Below are positions 1-14,000 of a stretch of 64,000 nt of DNA, one piece after another; the stretch's first letter is position 1; the number at the start of each line of letters is the position of its first letter. The stretch is from Utricularia gibba. Taxonomy: Eukaryota > Plantae > Magnoliophyta. Both the position numbers and the translations under genes were made by a program. The stretch covers positions 1,674,001 to 1,738,000 of the forward strand of contig NEEC01000008.1 in assembly GCA_002189035.1 (NCBI GenBank). Reading direction: 5' to 3'. The notes below the pieces were generated by a model. It did not search any database, was not told the DNA's origin, and saw only the letters and a list, made by a program, of their open reading frames with translations.

Positions 1-2610
1 GGTCGCGATTAGGGGTATTGTGAAAAATGGGGTGACGTTAGCTACGGCGGGGATATTCACCAGGGCTTTTTATGCTGATTCTACCGACATCAAATTAAAC
101 GATCCTTGGTGGTTTTTTTACGCCGGTGTGTCATGTTTCCTGGTAATTTTTGCCGGAATTATGTCCGGATTGACGTTGGGATTGATGTCAATCGGAGTAG
201 TCGAACTTGAAATTCTCCAACGGAGTGGCAGTCCGATTGAACAGAAGCGAGCTGGTAATTCAATTTCCGCCACCTTTTATTTTGGTACTGGATTGAATAT
301 ACGATGTGTGATGAGAATTTTACACTGGCTTGAATTTTGTGGGATTCCCAGCGGCTATTTTCCCGGTTGTTCAAAAGCAGCACCAGCTTCTTGTGACTCT
401 GCTTTTATGTAATGCTGCCGCAATGGAGGTTTGCTGTTTTTGTGTCATCTCAATGGAGAATACTTGAGATTAGGTTGTGAAACTTTCATCAAACTGAGCT
501 CATCTGAGAAAATTCATTCTCAATGTTGCAGGCTCTTCCAATATATCTTGACAAGCTATTCCATCCTGTGGTGGCAGTCATTCTCTCCGTTACATTTGTT
601 CTCGCTTTTGGTGAGGTACAGTATGCAGCCTCCCTTACATAGTGGTATGACCTTATATGAATTGAGCTTAAGCCTGCTTCTTCGATTGAGGTTAACCAGG
701 TAATTCCTCAAGCAGTATGCTCTAGATATGGGCTGGCGGTTGGTGCAAATTGCGTCTGGCTTGTACAGATTTTGATGATTGTTTGCTATCCTATTTCTTA
801 CCCAATTGGAAAGGTAAGTTTTTGTGTTCGAAACTATGAGCTGCCGATATTTTGCTTCACTTTGTGATATCTTTCTCGTGGCCTCTTCATGTTTCTTTGT
901 GATCCTTTATAACAGAGTTTATCTAGATTTCTCCATGCTGCAGTTCACCCCCTTGACGTTTTCATTTCTTTGAAACTAGTTCTGTTTTCTTTTTTCAGAT
1001 TCTAGATTTTGCATTGGGTCACGATGTCACTTTGTTTAGAAGACCTCAGTTGAAAGCACTTGTATCAATTCATAGCCAAGAGGTGTTCCTTTTATCTTTT
1101 ATTTGATGCGTGAACATCACGACTGATCCTGGAATGAAACAAACATATTGTAGCTATCATCCTCTCGATTTCCTTCTGAAACTCTTCCTTTCTGCTGCTG
1201 GCTCAGGCAGGTAAGGGCGGTGAACTTACTCATGATGAGGCAACTATTATAAGCGGCGCACTAGACTTGACAGAAAAGGCATGCTGAAGAATAGAAAGAT
1301 TCCCATCTTGTTCTGTTTACATGAAATGCATGATTTCTGTAAATTTACTGCAAAATAAACAGTATCTTTGCATGTGCAGACAGCTGAGGAGGCCATGACA
1401 CCCATTGAATCTACCTTCTCTCTTGATGTTGAATCAAAGCTAGATTGGTGAGGCTTAGGCTAGCTATTTTTGATTCATTCTTGCTGAGCTTTCTTGAAAG
1501 TGGTGAACTTGATGGAAGACGAGCATGTATTGTTTCACAGGGAGGCTATTGGAAAGATCCTTGCGAGGGGCCATAGTCGAATTCCTGTCTATTCAGGAAG
1601 TCCAAAGAATATTTTTGGCCTTCTACTGGTCAGTCCATATTTTCTCATGGTTCATCACAAGTTTCTTTTTTCATGAAGGAAACAGTTCCGTTTTTATGCA
1701 TGGCTCTGGCTTAGGTAAAAAGTCTTCTTACTATAAGAGCCGAGACGGAGACCCCAGTTAGCTCCGTTTCACTCAGGAAAATGCCTAGGCATGCACATCT
1801 CTGCACAATTTTTTCAGTTCTCTTGACTGCATACAGTATTGATACATAGCTAGTAAAAGAAGCTAATGTCATTTTGTCACAGAGTTCCGGCGGATATTCC
1901 GTTGTACGATATTCTCAATGAGTTTCAGAAGGGAAGCAGCCACATGGCGGCGGTGGTAAAGGTGAGATCAAGGGAGAAAAAGCTTTCCCGTTTGGGTGAT
2001 GATTCTGAGTTTGTGGGAGGAAGACATTCTGTCAGCAAGGACTCACAGCTGATCGTGCCTCTCCTGGAATCCAACCATGAGAAAAAACCAACCAGCCTTG
2101 CCATCGACATCGAAAAACCCTACCAAAACGGGAATGCAACAATCCATCCTGTGGAGGACATTGAAGATGGAGAAGTGATTGGGATCATCACACTAGAAGA
2201 CGTGTTTGAAGAGCTTCTCCAAGTAAACAAATCATCCTTCCTCTTGCTTTTACTTCAAGCTTTCAGCTTTCCTCATGGAAGCCATTTGCGCAGGAGGAAA
2301 TCGTCGACGAGACCGACGAATACATCGATGTACATAAAAGGTACGGTACACCCTTTTCTCCTGGTAGGGCAACCATTCTCCAGAGCACACGCATCCATCT
2401 TCCTGTGCATGAGCTCTGAGTAGTCTCTTGACTGAAATTGGCAACCGCAGGATACGAGTAGCGGCGGCGGCGGCGGCATCCTCCGTTGCTCGAGCGCCTT
2501 CAACTCGGCGATTAGCTTCTCACAAGGCCGGTACGTAGTTCCGGTTTCAAGTGGCCCGCCGTGTCTCTTCCCGGGAACGTCTTGTGTCAGATAAACGCTA
2601 TAATGATTAG
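1..2610 (+). CDS. DUF21 (CNNM transmembrane) + CBS-domain protein, about 12-13 exons; start codon lies upstream of the window
   Basis: Spliced translation gives [54 protein letters not shown]|[41 protein letters not shown] and [16 protein letters not shown]. The last exon is uncertain (stop at 2538 if unspliced, 2610 if spliced). Confidence 0.95.
1279..1379 (+). other. GC-AG intron, donor AAG|GCATGC
   Basis: The conserved junction LTEK|TAEE requires this donor; no in-frame GT alternative is present. Confidence 0.9.
1789..1882 (+). other. GC-AG intron, donor TAG|GCATGC
   Basis: The junction KMP-R|VPAD (AG|A) requires this donor; acceptor is cacag at 1878-1882. Confidence 0.9.
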
Positions 2611-2690
2611 AGGAATGACCAGCATAATATATGCTATAAATATTATTAAAAAAATTAAATGGTCCACGAGAATTTCGGAATCAGGCCTGA

Positions 2691-2741
2691 GGCCCAAATA
2701 GAAAGGACCGGACTGAAGGCCCAAAACATTAAATCGGCCCA
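2691..2741 (+). promoter_or_regulatory. Cluster of three site II elements (GGCCCA) with no recognisable downstream protein gene
   Basis: GGCCCA at 2691, 2718 and 2736, followed by a pyrimidine-rich, TSS-like stretch. Confidence 0.55.
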
Positions 2742-4309
2742 AAATGAGCTCCTATCTCTTCCCCTCGTTTGTGTTGAATCTGTTTATTGTGCGTGGGTCA
2801 CTTGTCGCTCATGGCAGCAGAGAAGAGGCAGAGTGCATGTCCACACAATGACAATTGAAAGGTGAGCCTTGCATTCTTAATCTGAGTTCGACTCAATTCG
2901 AATATAAATTGCTCATTCGTTATAACAATCCTTTTTCATGCTTCTCCCACTCAGAAAAATTGAAACCATCTTTCTCGTACATTTTACAACAACATAAAGC
3001 AAATACACTGAAGATGCCCAACATGCCATTTTCAAATGTCGTGCAAGTCAAGCCATCTGAAGCCAAATACAAATCTGGACAGAATACGTGATGAGGGTTC
3101 ATCCAGACAACTCTATTGACTTACCTATTAGCATTGTGTATGCTGATAGGTGTGCATAACAAGTAGGATCTGTTCTAAGATCCCTGATCTACGTAACAAT
3201 ATGGCTGATATGGAGGCGACGGAACACTAAAGTTTTCTGCCACAGAGAAGATCCGGCTTCACTAATTTTCAGCAACATTCAATTCCTTACCTTTTCCTGG
3301 ATTAATAAGAGAAGCAAACCTGACTCCACTAGACTGATATGGCAAGAGTGGATTACGTGTCCTGTGGGTGCAATATGCAACTCCACAATCAGTTCGCACC
3401 GCCTGGGACCGTAGATACAGGGGCTTTAGAGCCCTGGTGTATAGCAAATAGTAGAGACTACTTTATGCAATAGTGTAATGTGATGTATGATTTCTAGTAA
3501 TAAGATAACCGATCAAAAAAAATCTATCTTGTGCCTGGTTTATATAGCAGTAGAATGAACGATAAGGAAGACAAGCACGGGAAGGAGTGCCCCTTGTTAT
3601 GGATGGTGCTCATCTTCTTCTGGCAAGGGACACACAGAGAAGCGCACATTCCTATGATAAAAAGCTAACCCAGAAACACCAAATGGTGATGCGTCCCCAC
3701 GTGCGTACAGTACACCACACCACTCCATCCGGACGGGCGAGATTTGGATGGACATCTGGAGCGCACGTGAAGCTGCATTGCATTGTATGTTTTATACCCA
3801 CTCCAGATTCTGCAACCAAATGGAATTCCATTGCCAAACAGTTATCAACAGAACGCTCAGATTTTTTTTTTTTTTTTTGGTTTGCAGCAGATGAATTCTT
3901 TACAGCAGCAAGTATGCTGTTTATGGTACACCAAGCCAGCAAGTAAAAATCATATGACTGAAGAAGGAGAAAGAATTCATAGCACGTGACATTACAGTAA
4001 CCTAAATCTGTCCAGAGAGGGTAAGACAGACGGACCCCTTTACACAAGGCATATTTGAGAGAGAGTACCGCACCTAGAAGCAGGTGTCATTGATATTGCA
4101 TCATGGATGCTAGCCACCATGAGCCCAACAATGCATGCTGTGCTGACATTGTTGATTGTCCCACATCATTTGTCTTCGCAGTTAAAAAACATCTGCAACT
4201 GCAGCCAACCCAACAAAATCTGAACCTAAATTTAAATCCCAACAAAAAAAAAAAGAAGACCTCAGTTAAAGAGGGTGGCTGTTTACCTGAGGAGCTGTCA
4301 CGCAGAAAA

Positions 4310-7300
4310 TCATCTAGGTCTCCAGTAATCAGAAGCTGGAATGCACAAAAACTCGATCAGTTATAGGAGAGAGAAGAATTTGAAAGCTCACCACAGGAAA
4401 ACCACTGCAGGGGAGAACCTCTATTTTCAACAGGAATGGGGCCTTCACAATGGCTGTAGTGATTTACATGCCTATGGTTCACAGGGCCTGGAGGACAATT
4501 CCATCTATTGTTAGGAAACGAAGTCTCACGGGGTGGTCCATTATATTGTGGTGGAGCATGATTCATCCTGCTATTATCTTGATAGCAGGGGCCTGGAGAG
4601 GGGACAACAGAGAAGAATATTCAGCTCAATATCAAGCAACCAAGAGCCTACAATGAATAAGTTAGAGAGATCTAGTTACCAGAATTGTATGGGTATGGAG
4701 GCCGCCAGTGATCTCCTGGATGATCACGATAGTTAAATTTATTTCTGTCCCGGTGTCTGTAGAAATTATTATTTTCAGGATTGCGAGAACGGTATCTATT
4801 GTAATGTGGAGGAGGGTTATCTCTACGCGGTTGTTCCCTCTCATGAATGTACGAAAATTGACTTGAGGTGGCAGGTTGCGGAGGCCTCCAATGGAAACCT
4901 TTGCCATACGGGTCACTTCTCTGGAAGTCACTAGAAGCTCGGCCAGAAAGATGGGAGTTTGGCCGATTGACAGGACAGGCACTATTGGAATCAGGCAGCT
5001 TTCTAGGCGCCTGGTCTTCAAAATATCCATTGCCCTGACGGCGATGATGGACAGGATCCATTGTTGATTTTCCTCTTGGTGGATCAGATTGGCTGCATAC
5101 TGATTCCCTGAATTCCCTATTGCTATTCTGCACACGAACAAACAACACAAAAAAAATTGATAAAATATATGAACTTCCACCAACAATCTGGATATCACAC
5201 GCACAACAAAAAAAAATCTTTATATAAGAAGGCGGACAAAAAAAGAACCTGAGAATTCGAAAAACGCTTTGAGTCAAGATCATCAAGCTGGGGTGGAGGC
5301 TGCTGAGCGCATCGAGAAAATGGAGCAGATGCGAGCTGGGCATCCTCTTGCTGACGTATAAATGATGGCTCGTTGTTATTTGATGGGCAATGTGAAATAT
5401 GAGTGCTATCTGTTCCAGAAGTGCTAGGAAACGTAGCGTCAGCTTCACAAAACGGAGCTACATCCTCCATTTCAAGCTCACCCTCGACATCCTTCAAGAT
5501 GCAGGCACGTTTCTCTACTCTGGGAATTGGAGTCTTTTCAGCATCCTGACTATCAACATTATGCCATATAGATTCACAGTTCTCTCCATCAGATTCATTT
5601 CTTCCATCACTGTCACATCGCACAGGAGGCATACAAAAACCTGGAAGCTGAATGCTTGAATTACTGAAAAGAAACAAGGAACAATTCAGGCCTCAGGGGA
5701 ACCTGTGTAAGTGCGAAAAACACATCAACTCATTAACTTGCCTTCCATATTCGTCTACCAGCATACCCTCCATTTGTCTAACAGGATCATCAAAAGCTCT
5801 TTCATTTCTTTGAGGACGACGGGAGCCAACCACAGGGTATGGACAACAGAAGGCCTCAAGCTCTCTGATGTGATGACGGATTATGGGTTCTGGAAGTATT
5901 TTTCTATCCAGCCACACCTTCAGAACCTACTCATTATGCCAATTAATTAGATATCGCCATTGAACTGAACATCGAGAATGTTGATCAGGTGGATTGAAGC
6001 ATGAACATATAGAGAGAGATTACTCACTTTTAAACACTGGCGATGATTTTCACTAGAGCTACTGCTAGGAGGGGCGGCAGCAGATAACAGACGCGGCAAC
6101 ATGGCCTGCACCGAGGATATATAGACACCTCCATCACCTGAAAACAATGTAATAAATTCACCCTAAAATTTCCCCATTCAATGAAATGCAGTAAACAATA
6201 ACCGCAGCCACACAGCAAGCTCATTCACAATGGCAATGCCTTCATAGAGATAAAATAGCACTTCACCTTTCATCATCCGAGAGCATTGAGTGATGGAATC
6301 AATAAGGAAGAACAGATTTACTTTTTTGTGCGAACTTGACTCCCGTTCCAAAACACAAACCAGTATTTCCACCACCTAAAGCATAAAGAAAATTCAACAT
6401 TACAACCTGGTTAGAAGAATCTATGCAGTCATACCCTGACATATAAGATTTACTGGTCAGAAAATTCCAGGCAAACGCCAATTATTTGCAAACATGAATA
6501 CCTTGGACGCAAAACCAAATTTTGCAGCATCAATAGCCATTCGTGTAGCACGACCAATACTATCTTTTGTCCTGGTCAATGACCCTACCATGGTTTCAAA
6601 AGCTAATAAAGATTCTTCTCTGCTGCTTGACGTGTTTGAAGAATTGAATTTTTCAGGATGCATGTGTGAATAAGGACTTTGTGTGATGATATTATCCAGA
6701 GTGGGGTCATTTATCACACACTGTTTGCCCTTGGAAGAACATGGCGGAGATTCCCTTGCAGTCGGATGTAGACCATCAGTTGGCAACGAAGAAGGTTCAA
6801 AAGTGGTTCTCTGATCACCGAATTCGCAGGCAACTGAAGCAAATTGAGATTGATCAAGACCATCTGACAAGTCAGTGTGGGTTAAAATAGCATTTGAATC
6901 CAACGATGGTAGACACACTTTATCTTCAGAGTCAAACCTACAAAGATGGAAAATAGAGAAGGAACGCATACATTAGTTATGCTCACAAGCTGGAGGGAGG
7001 TGATGAATGATGATGCACGAAGACTGGAAAAATACTACCTCTTTTCATCCTGTTTATTCTCCATTGGAAATTCGCTGGTGTTACACTGATTATCAGCTCT
7101 ACCGTCTGCATCATTGAAAGCGATGGGGTTGATGATCTCAGGTGGAGCTACAGAAATTTCCTCTATAGTGTTTGAATGTGAAATCATCTGTGAAATAGCA
7201 TGATCCGGATTTTCTTCCATGCCAGCTTCTGCATTTCCTTCTACATCGCTGAAATGTGAATTCATCTGCAAAATTCCAGGATCTAATTTTTCTTCTACGA

Positions 7301-10300
7301 CATCCAAGTTGAGGCTACCAATCTTGCACTGATCAGTTAGGGAGATTTTTGGACTAGCAGACAATTCATCACCAGCTGCAGCTGAACCACAATTTTCATG
7401 AAGCTCAACCTCCAAGTCACGACCAGCCACAGTTGAACCAAAATTTTCATGAAGCTCGACTTCCATTTCTGTAACTAAATCATCAGCCAACGACATCTCA
7501 AGAGGACAACCTTCAGTTTTCACATATTCACATACTTCTCCTTCGTGATTTGCATTGTCCAGAGGAGTTTCAGAACAATCTGGCAGCACCATAACAATTT
7601 TTGTGTCATTCTCCACTTGACCCACACATTGCCCAGATTCATGATTATTCACATCCCTTTCTGCTCCAGACAATATTTCAACTGATTCCTTCTTTTCTGG
7701 AAGCAGCTCATAGCAGTCCTTCACAGAAGCACAGTAACTATTGGAGTAAACACTAATAGCAGGAGAATCATGGAGAGACCCTTCGCAGTCATCAGCTGCA
7801 TTAGCAGACATTGCCTCCAGTGCACGATGTATACGTTTTGATGGAGGCAATGTAGCTTCTCCATCCATGGAATTTCTCTTAATGTCCCAATGATGAATTT
7901 TTTCCTCAAGACTTACACTTGAAAAAGATGAATTTGGTCTGCCTTCCTTAACACTAGGAGCCTTAACTGCATAAGATTTCACACAGGTACCATGGCAATG
8001 CACAGACGGACCTTCAGGATCTTTAGACACTTCTGCCTTGTTAGGCACCCAGCCATCTTCTAACGATGATGGAGATGATCTGCCCATTCGTACTCTGGCT
8101 CTCTTTACCAATGGCAAGTGCTCATCACCGTCTTCCTTGACTGTTATTTGGGTTTTCTCAGGAAAACCAGGTGAAACATTGAAAGAGTTTACCACTTCAG
8201 CATCAGAACAGACAACAGCTTTAGATAAGGTAGTATTGTCACTCCCCTGCCTTTTTCGGCAGTGCATTCTTTTCTTCTTAATTATTGCTGTATCAGCTTG
8301 AAAGTTAAGCCTATTGATTAACTCGGTTTCAAGTAAACTGTTCTCAGTCGAAATCTTGGCTCCCATGGGTTTACTATTAATGTCAGAAGTTTTGCCATCA
8401 TTAATACTAACAGTATCAGATTCTAATGACATAATTTCAGAGCCACTTTCTTCATTACCATCCTCTGACATACTCCCACGCAGATCCGGAGCCTGTCCTT
8501 CAGAATCATCAGACAATTTCATGATCCTCCTGCTTCTTCTCAAATTCCGATCCTGAGGCACATTAGCCCCAGAGCTTCTAGTACGCCTACTATACCCACT
8601 CCCAAGGCCTTCAGTATCTGCATGGGAAGTACTTCTGGACCTAAGAATAGATTTCTTAGACTTGGAGGAACCATTTACCTGATAATATCTCGTTTTATTC
8701 CCTCGGGAATCAGACACAGGCATAGGTTCTGTGGACTCTAAAGCAGATGATGCCTCAGGAACCTTTTTCTCCCCATCATGCAGAGGTAGGTCACCAACTG
8801 CAGCCATAGCTGTCTCACTTAGACAGTGAATATCAATGCTGATCTCAGTTTCATGTACTTCAGCCGTTACCAAGTCAGCTTCCACTTCACGTTTCACTGG
8901 TGTAGTTGTTGACTGTTTAGAGTTGCTTTCATTAGGTACAATGTTCTCTTCAGAACCATTAGGTTTACCATCTGTATTTTGTTTACTCAACTTTTCAAAG
9001 CACTCAATTATCTCATTTACTGCTCTACCAAATTCAGCACCTTTACCATGGCGTCTTCCCAAAAGGGACACCTTTTTCTCTTCCGTAAATTCTTCTATGT
9101 CCGCAGGGTTGCAGAATGCACTGAAAAAGCACCATAAGTTTAGTTACGCTCATGAACATAATCCCCCCCCCCCCAAAAAAAAAAAATTAAAAAGCTGTAA
9201 GGAAATGCTGGAGTGTGTATTACCAAGAAAAAAACATTTGAAACCACGCAATACCCCGGTTAACGAGCCATAAGGGGGAAAAGAGAATAGACAGTGAAAG
9301 TTCAACAAAGTCTACACACTTTAAACGTATAGTTACCCAACCAAACAATACAAAAATTGGAAAAAAAATAAGCATGCTACATAATTTGAAAAACCTTCAA
9401 TAGAACTTAAAACGATTTTGTAAAACGCACATAACTAAGTAACCCTTTAACATAAGTACAAAGCTGAGTTAAGGACAATTTTCGGAGAAGGGACATTTCC
9501 ACAAGAACTCACATCTGGTCACCACCAAAAAAACACACTACCACTTTCTTTGAATCAGCTGTATGGCCCCACTTCTCAGGGTCACCAACCTGCCATGGGA
9601 AAGCAGAAAAAAAATGTAATTTCCTGATTCCAGCTTGCATAAAGAGTATGGGAATAAAATAAAAGCAGCCTTATCATAAAAATTCCAAGCAGTAATATTA
9701 TCAGCCAAATACACAAATATATCAAAATAATCAATCAAAAAATAGAATACCTGCCTACAATATTATCTAACAAAGAAAATCCATAAAAAAACGAGAAGCT
9801 GTTTCAACCCAGAACAGTCTCATTTACATACCATAACAAGACATCGCACTATGACATAGGCAAAAGCAAGTAGCAAGAATACTGCTAATACCATTTATCC
9901 AACAAACATTATAAATTTTGTAACATCTATTCAAATATTCCTATGTTCCCGCATCAGTTGATCTAGGTTGAACCGAATCAAAGTAACTTCATGCACACCC
10001 ATTTTTAGGATGCGTCTCAACAAGATAACACGTGACAGCAGAAAGTAGCAGCTACTAGATTAATCAATAGCTAAAAGTCCAATTCTAAAAATACTGCATC
10101 TTCAGCTAGAGTGCAATATAGTAGTAAAAAATACCAAGTTTTCTCCTTGAACCATGAAATCACCCCATGTCTCTCTCTCTCTCTCTATCTATATGTCTTT
10201 TCCTACTAAGCTAACATTAATCAAAATCCAATTTCAAAATTGAACACTCTTTCAATAATTTAAGCAATGACGAGGTTCAAAGTTAGACTAGTATAACCTT

Positions 10301-10536
10301 AATCCAGATCCAATTGGAGCAGATACCAGCCGACAGCAGAAAAACACCATAAACAGTGAAAATGCGAGACACACAAAAAATACACTTTCCCAAAGAAACA
10401 AACAAGTAAATTAAAGGCGTACCCTCGCAGGCCACGCCGGAAATCCTTTCACTTTAGCGAGCACGAGTTCCCCCACCTTCCACTTCCGCCGTGAGGCAGC
10501 TAGTCTCTGGGCAGAACTCCTTCCTCTAGGGGCCAT
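4310..10536 (-). CDS. HULK: HUA2-like (HULK) PWWP + CID domain protein, 11 exons
   Basis: N-terminus MAPRGR...KWKVGELVLAKVKGFPAWPA (PWWP). It also has EATLPPSKRIHRALEAMSAN, the CID region GSLTRTKDSIGRATRMAI...VDEYGSNSS and C-terminal DYWRPR*. The long PPLP tract of HUA2 proper is absent. Confidence 0.93.
5664..5741 (-). other. GC-AG intron, donor AAG|GCAAGT (consensus GC type)
   Basis: The junction DEYG-S|NSS requires this donor. Confidence 0.9.
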
Positions 10537-10879
10537 AAAGAACTACCAGACATCCATACAGAAACTCCAAAATACACAGAGCAATTCAAGAAACCCCAAA
10601 CCCAACAACAATTCACATTAACGCAAAATCCCCCGGCTCTCTTCAGTGTATCAGCCACAATACACCCAAAACAAATTAAGAGAACACACCCCAAAATCAG
10701 TAGAGTTGAGATGCAGGAGGAGACAGCGTGGATACAGTGGCTTGTGGTAGGCTCAAAAGACGCAAGCATAGAAAATCAGAAAGAACAGAGGCGTTGTAAG
10801 TAATGAGTTTCTTTATCAGTTCGATTTTTAGCTGCGAGCGTAGCTAACATGCGCCGCAGCCTCCTTAAGCCCGTGACCG

Positions 10880-10937
10880 GAGAGCCCACTTCAGTAACTG
10901 GAATGAGGCCCATTTCTTCACCTCGGCCCAAGCCCAG
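10880..10937. promoter_or_regulatory. Site II cluster upstream of the HUA2-like gene
   Basis: AGCCCA, GGCCCA, GGCCCA and AGCCCA within about 60 bp. Confidence 0.6.
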
Positions 10938-11066
10938 ATATCCGTCCGTACAGTGAAAATTGCATTTGGAACTATAGCTTCTTCTTACACCTACATGTTG
11001 TCTAAGCTAGGAGTGTTTTACTCATCTAAAACATTATTAACTTGTTAATTAAACCATGATCTGATC

Positions 11067-14000
11067 TCAGAACCCAGCTACGATGATCATCTCAGCAGCA
11101 GTCCCCATGGCGCCGATGCCGCTTATTCCCAGAATAGCAATGGCCAGCTCTTCCTCATTCCATTGCTTGAGCCCCTTGCTCACCCTCTTCACAACTTCGG
11201 CATCCACCTCCTGCATCCACCCCGGCGCGCAGCTCACCATTAAGCTCAGGTAGCCGGTCACGTACGCCCTCCACGTCGCCTTGCTGCAGCCGAGCGATAT
11301 CTTGCCGTCGATGGCGCTGGCGAGAAACTCCAGGTGCTCGCCGAGGAACTTCCGCCGATGCTTGGAAGCAGGGGTTGCGGAATCTACGCCCCATGCAAAC
11401 ATGGCGGAGAACACTGTGAAGTATGCCAGGGCATAGCCACCCAGCATGGGTAGAACACCTCTTGGTTCCTTGGAGCTAGGGTTCAGCTCGTGAACGGATA
11501 TGAACCAAGATGGCAAGATTTCTTTGATGAGGGACTGTACTGAACTCATGCCTCCGGAAAGCCAGATCAGGGAAGCCCCTAGGGATGCAGCCAGCTTCAC
11601 CTGGCTCATTGCTGTGGCAAGGGAGACGTGGCCATACTTTGAGGCGTATTTGGTTTTCCCGAGTTTCTCCAACTTCTCAGGGGGGAGCGCACTGGAGGTG
11701 ATGTCCTTCACTGTCTCGATTAGGAGGGACACTATCTTTTCGGTAACATAGACAATGTCTCTGATGGCTCGATGGACTCTCAGATAAAGAATCCCGGGGG
11801 CAACTGCTGAAAGGCCACAGGCATGGTGAGAGCCGAAGCCGTGACCGAGAAGAGCACCAGCTCCACCACTGCTTGCTACTGACGAAGAGTTTAACCCAAG
11901 AACTGTTGAGAAGCAAACTCGAAGAAGTTGAACTACTGCATCATTACTGTGGTAGAACACAGTCTGAGATGCAGAGAAGACAAGATAATCGCTCCATCGC
12001 TTTGCCTTCTGGCTCCATAAAGCAGCTAATATAGGCATGCACGGCCAAGGGCAACTTATTCCAAGATTGCTCAAGGCATGACCAACCAAGTTCAGATAAC
12101 GCCGATCTACCCCCCGGTCAAGTTTAAAAGTGATAGTAAGACTAACAAAAGCTGCCAGCGGCAATGGAAGAGTCACAGGAGAATTCCCTCCTGAAAGAAA
12201 GAGAATCATTTTAAAGTAGTAAAAAAGTCACAGATGTCTCGCCATCTCGCTTATAGACATAAGATAATTATGAGGCAAAACAAGACAGGTCATCTCACGC
12301 TGGCTTTATCATCAATGTTTACCTCGTTTCATCAGGTATGCAATATGCCCCACTACTATGTTTTAGAAGACATGCTCTGACAAGAGAGTGAGGCTGCTAA
12401 AAATACACAAACCATACCTACGGGAAGACCTGGAACATTCACACCAGTGGCAGCTACAATCTTTTTAATCTGTTGTTCCACCATGAACAAATTTGCTGCA
12501 GGGCTTGGCCAGTCAGTTCCATTCATGGAGGCAGGTTTCCATAAACCACGTGTAACTTCTGCTGAGAAGTAGCTGACAATAGTTGCAAGCGAAGCAGGAA
12601 GGAAATCAGCAAGGTCCTTGAGTCCTGAGACATATTCATTAAGAAGAGTAAATAAATAACACCAGATAAACAAGTTTGAAAATTAAACAAGAAGGCCAAA
12701 AGCTATTTCCATGTATAAGGGTTGTTGAATATTAACAGATAAAAGACAAAAAAGGCATGATTTGATAACTATAATATACTGACAAACCAGTTGTCAATTC
12801 TCGTGGTGACACTTGCCCATGGGCACAGGCAGTGAGGGCAGCATCAAGGACAAAAGGAACTGCCTCAAGAATATTCCAAGCAGGTAATTTTAGACAAAGA
12901 GAGGAATCATCTGTTCCAGAAACAGAAGCAGATGCAGATGAACTATTTTTTCCAGAATTGGGAAGTGTTGTTGGCGTTTCTTTCTTCATTTTCCTGAACA
13001 TCATGCTGAGGAGGGATTCCACAATCTGATGCACAGGATCTCCAGGAACTAGGCCAGAAAGAGTGGAAACAATACATTCTTGATTCTTCATGTGCCAACG
13101 CTTCAGCTTTGGAAAAGAATCCATCACAATTGTTCCTCTAGAAGAAGGGTAAGGCTGTTTTGACAATTCCACTATGTTATTGTGATTTCCCATTGGGTTC
13201 TCATTTAAAGCTTGATGCAAGTTGTGTATCAATAACAAGTAGTCTGGGGATAAACGGAAAGCAGCTGGTGTGGCATCTCCCATCCCAGAGTCCACAGGAG
13301 GTCGATAAAATCTCCATAATTTCAACAGCAGAGTGAATGCATTTGAAAAGACTGCGTGTGAAGTTATCACCTCCCCTGTATTCAAGCTCCATGACATGTT
13401 CGGTGCACAAGAACCGAACACCTCACATATAGGCATCAGCGCAGCTGCAAGTTGAGGAACCTGCGTACAAACAATTTAAAACACCATCATTATGTTGCAA
13501 AATAACAATTTTCTTTTCCCAGTCATGGATTTCGAAATGGAAGGTGATTTTCAGGAATAGGGAAAGGTAGGACATACCAACCCATGCAGTGAAAAAATCT
13601 GAATACAGTCAACAGATGATATTCCGGCAAGAAGAACGTTCAGGAAAGGGGCATATCCTATTAAATGACTTTCACTTCCAGCAAAATTTTGAGGGATCTC
13701 TGGTGCAAGCAATCTTATGATTAGAAAAACTGTACGTTCCTGTGCAAATATCATATGAAAAAGAGATTAAAGCACAGCTAGAAGATGAAACATAAATATC
13801 CCATATCAAAAGATAAGTGTGTTCTTCAGCCCCCAATGGCTTAAATTTCTCTTAAATTTCTAATTAATCTAGCAATATATCACGGTCATATATTTTGCAT
13901 TTGAAAGCTCATCTGCAAGGGCTGATGACATGCAATGGGCGCTGGAATTTCATAGTTCCAATTATTTAATAATGTGGTTATCTAAAGAGAAAACTTACCT

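Noticed and set aside
3085-3194. Possible C/D-box snoRNA (GTGATGA at 3088, CTGA at 3143 and 3184, TACGT/ACGTA ends)
   Set aside because: The terminal stem is offset from the boxes and I could not match either guide to rRNA or snRNA. It needs snoscan or Infernal.
4158-4170. GTCCCACATCA resembling the snRNA upstream sequence element
   Set aside because: There is no correctly spaced TATA and no recognisable snRNA downstream.
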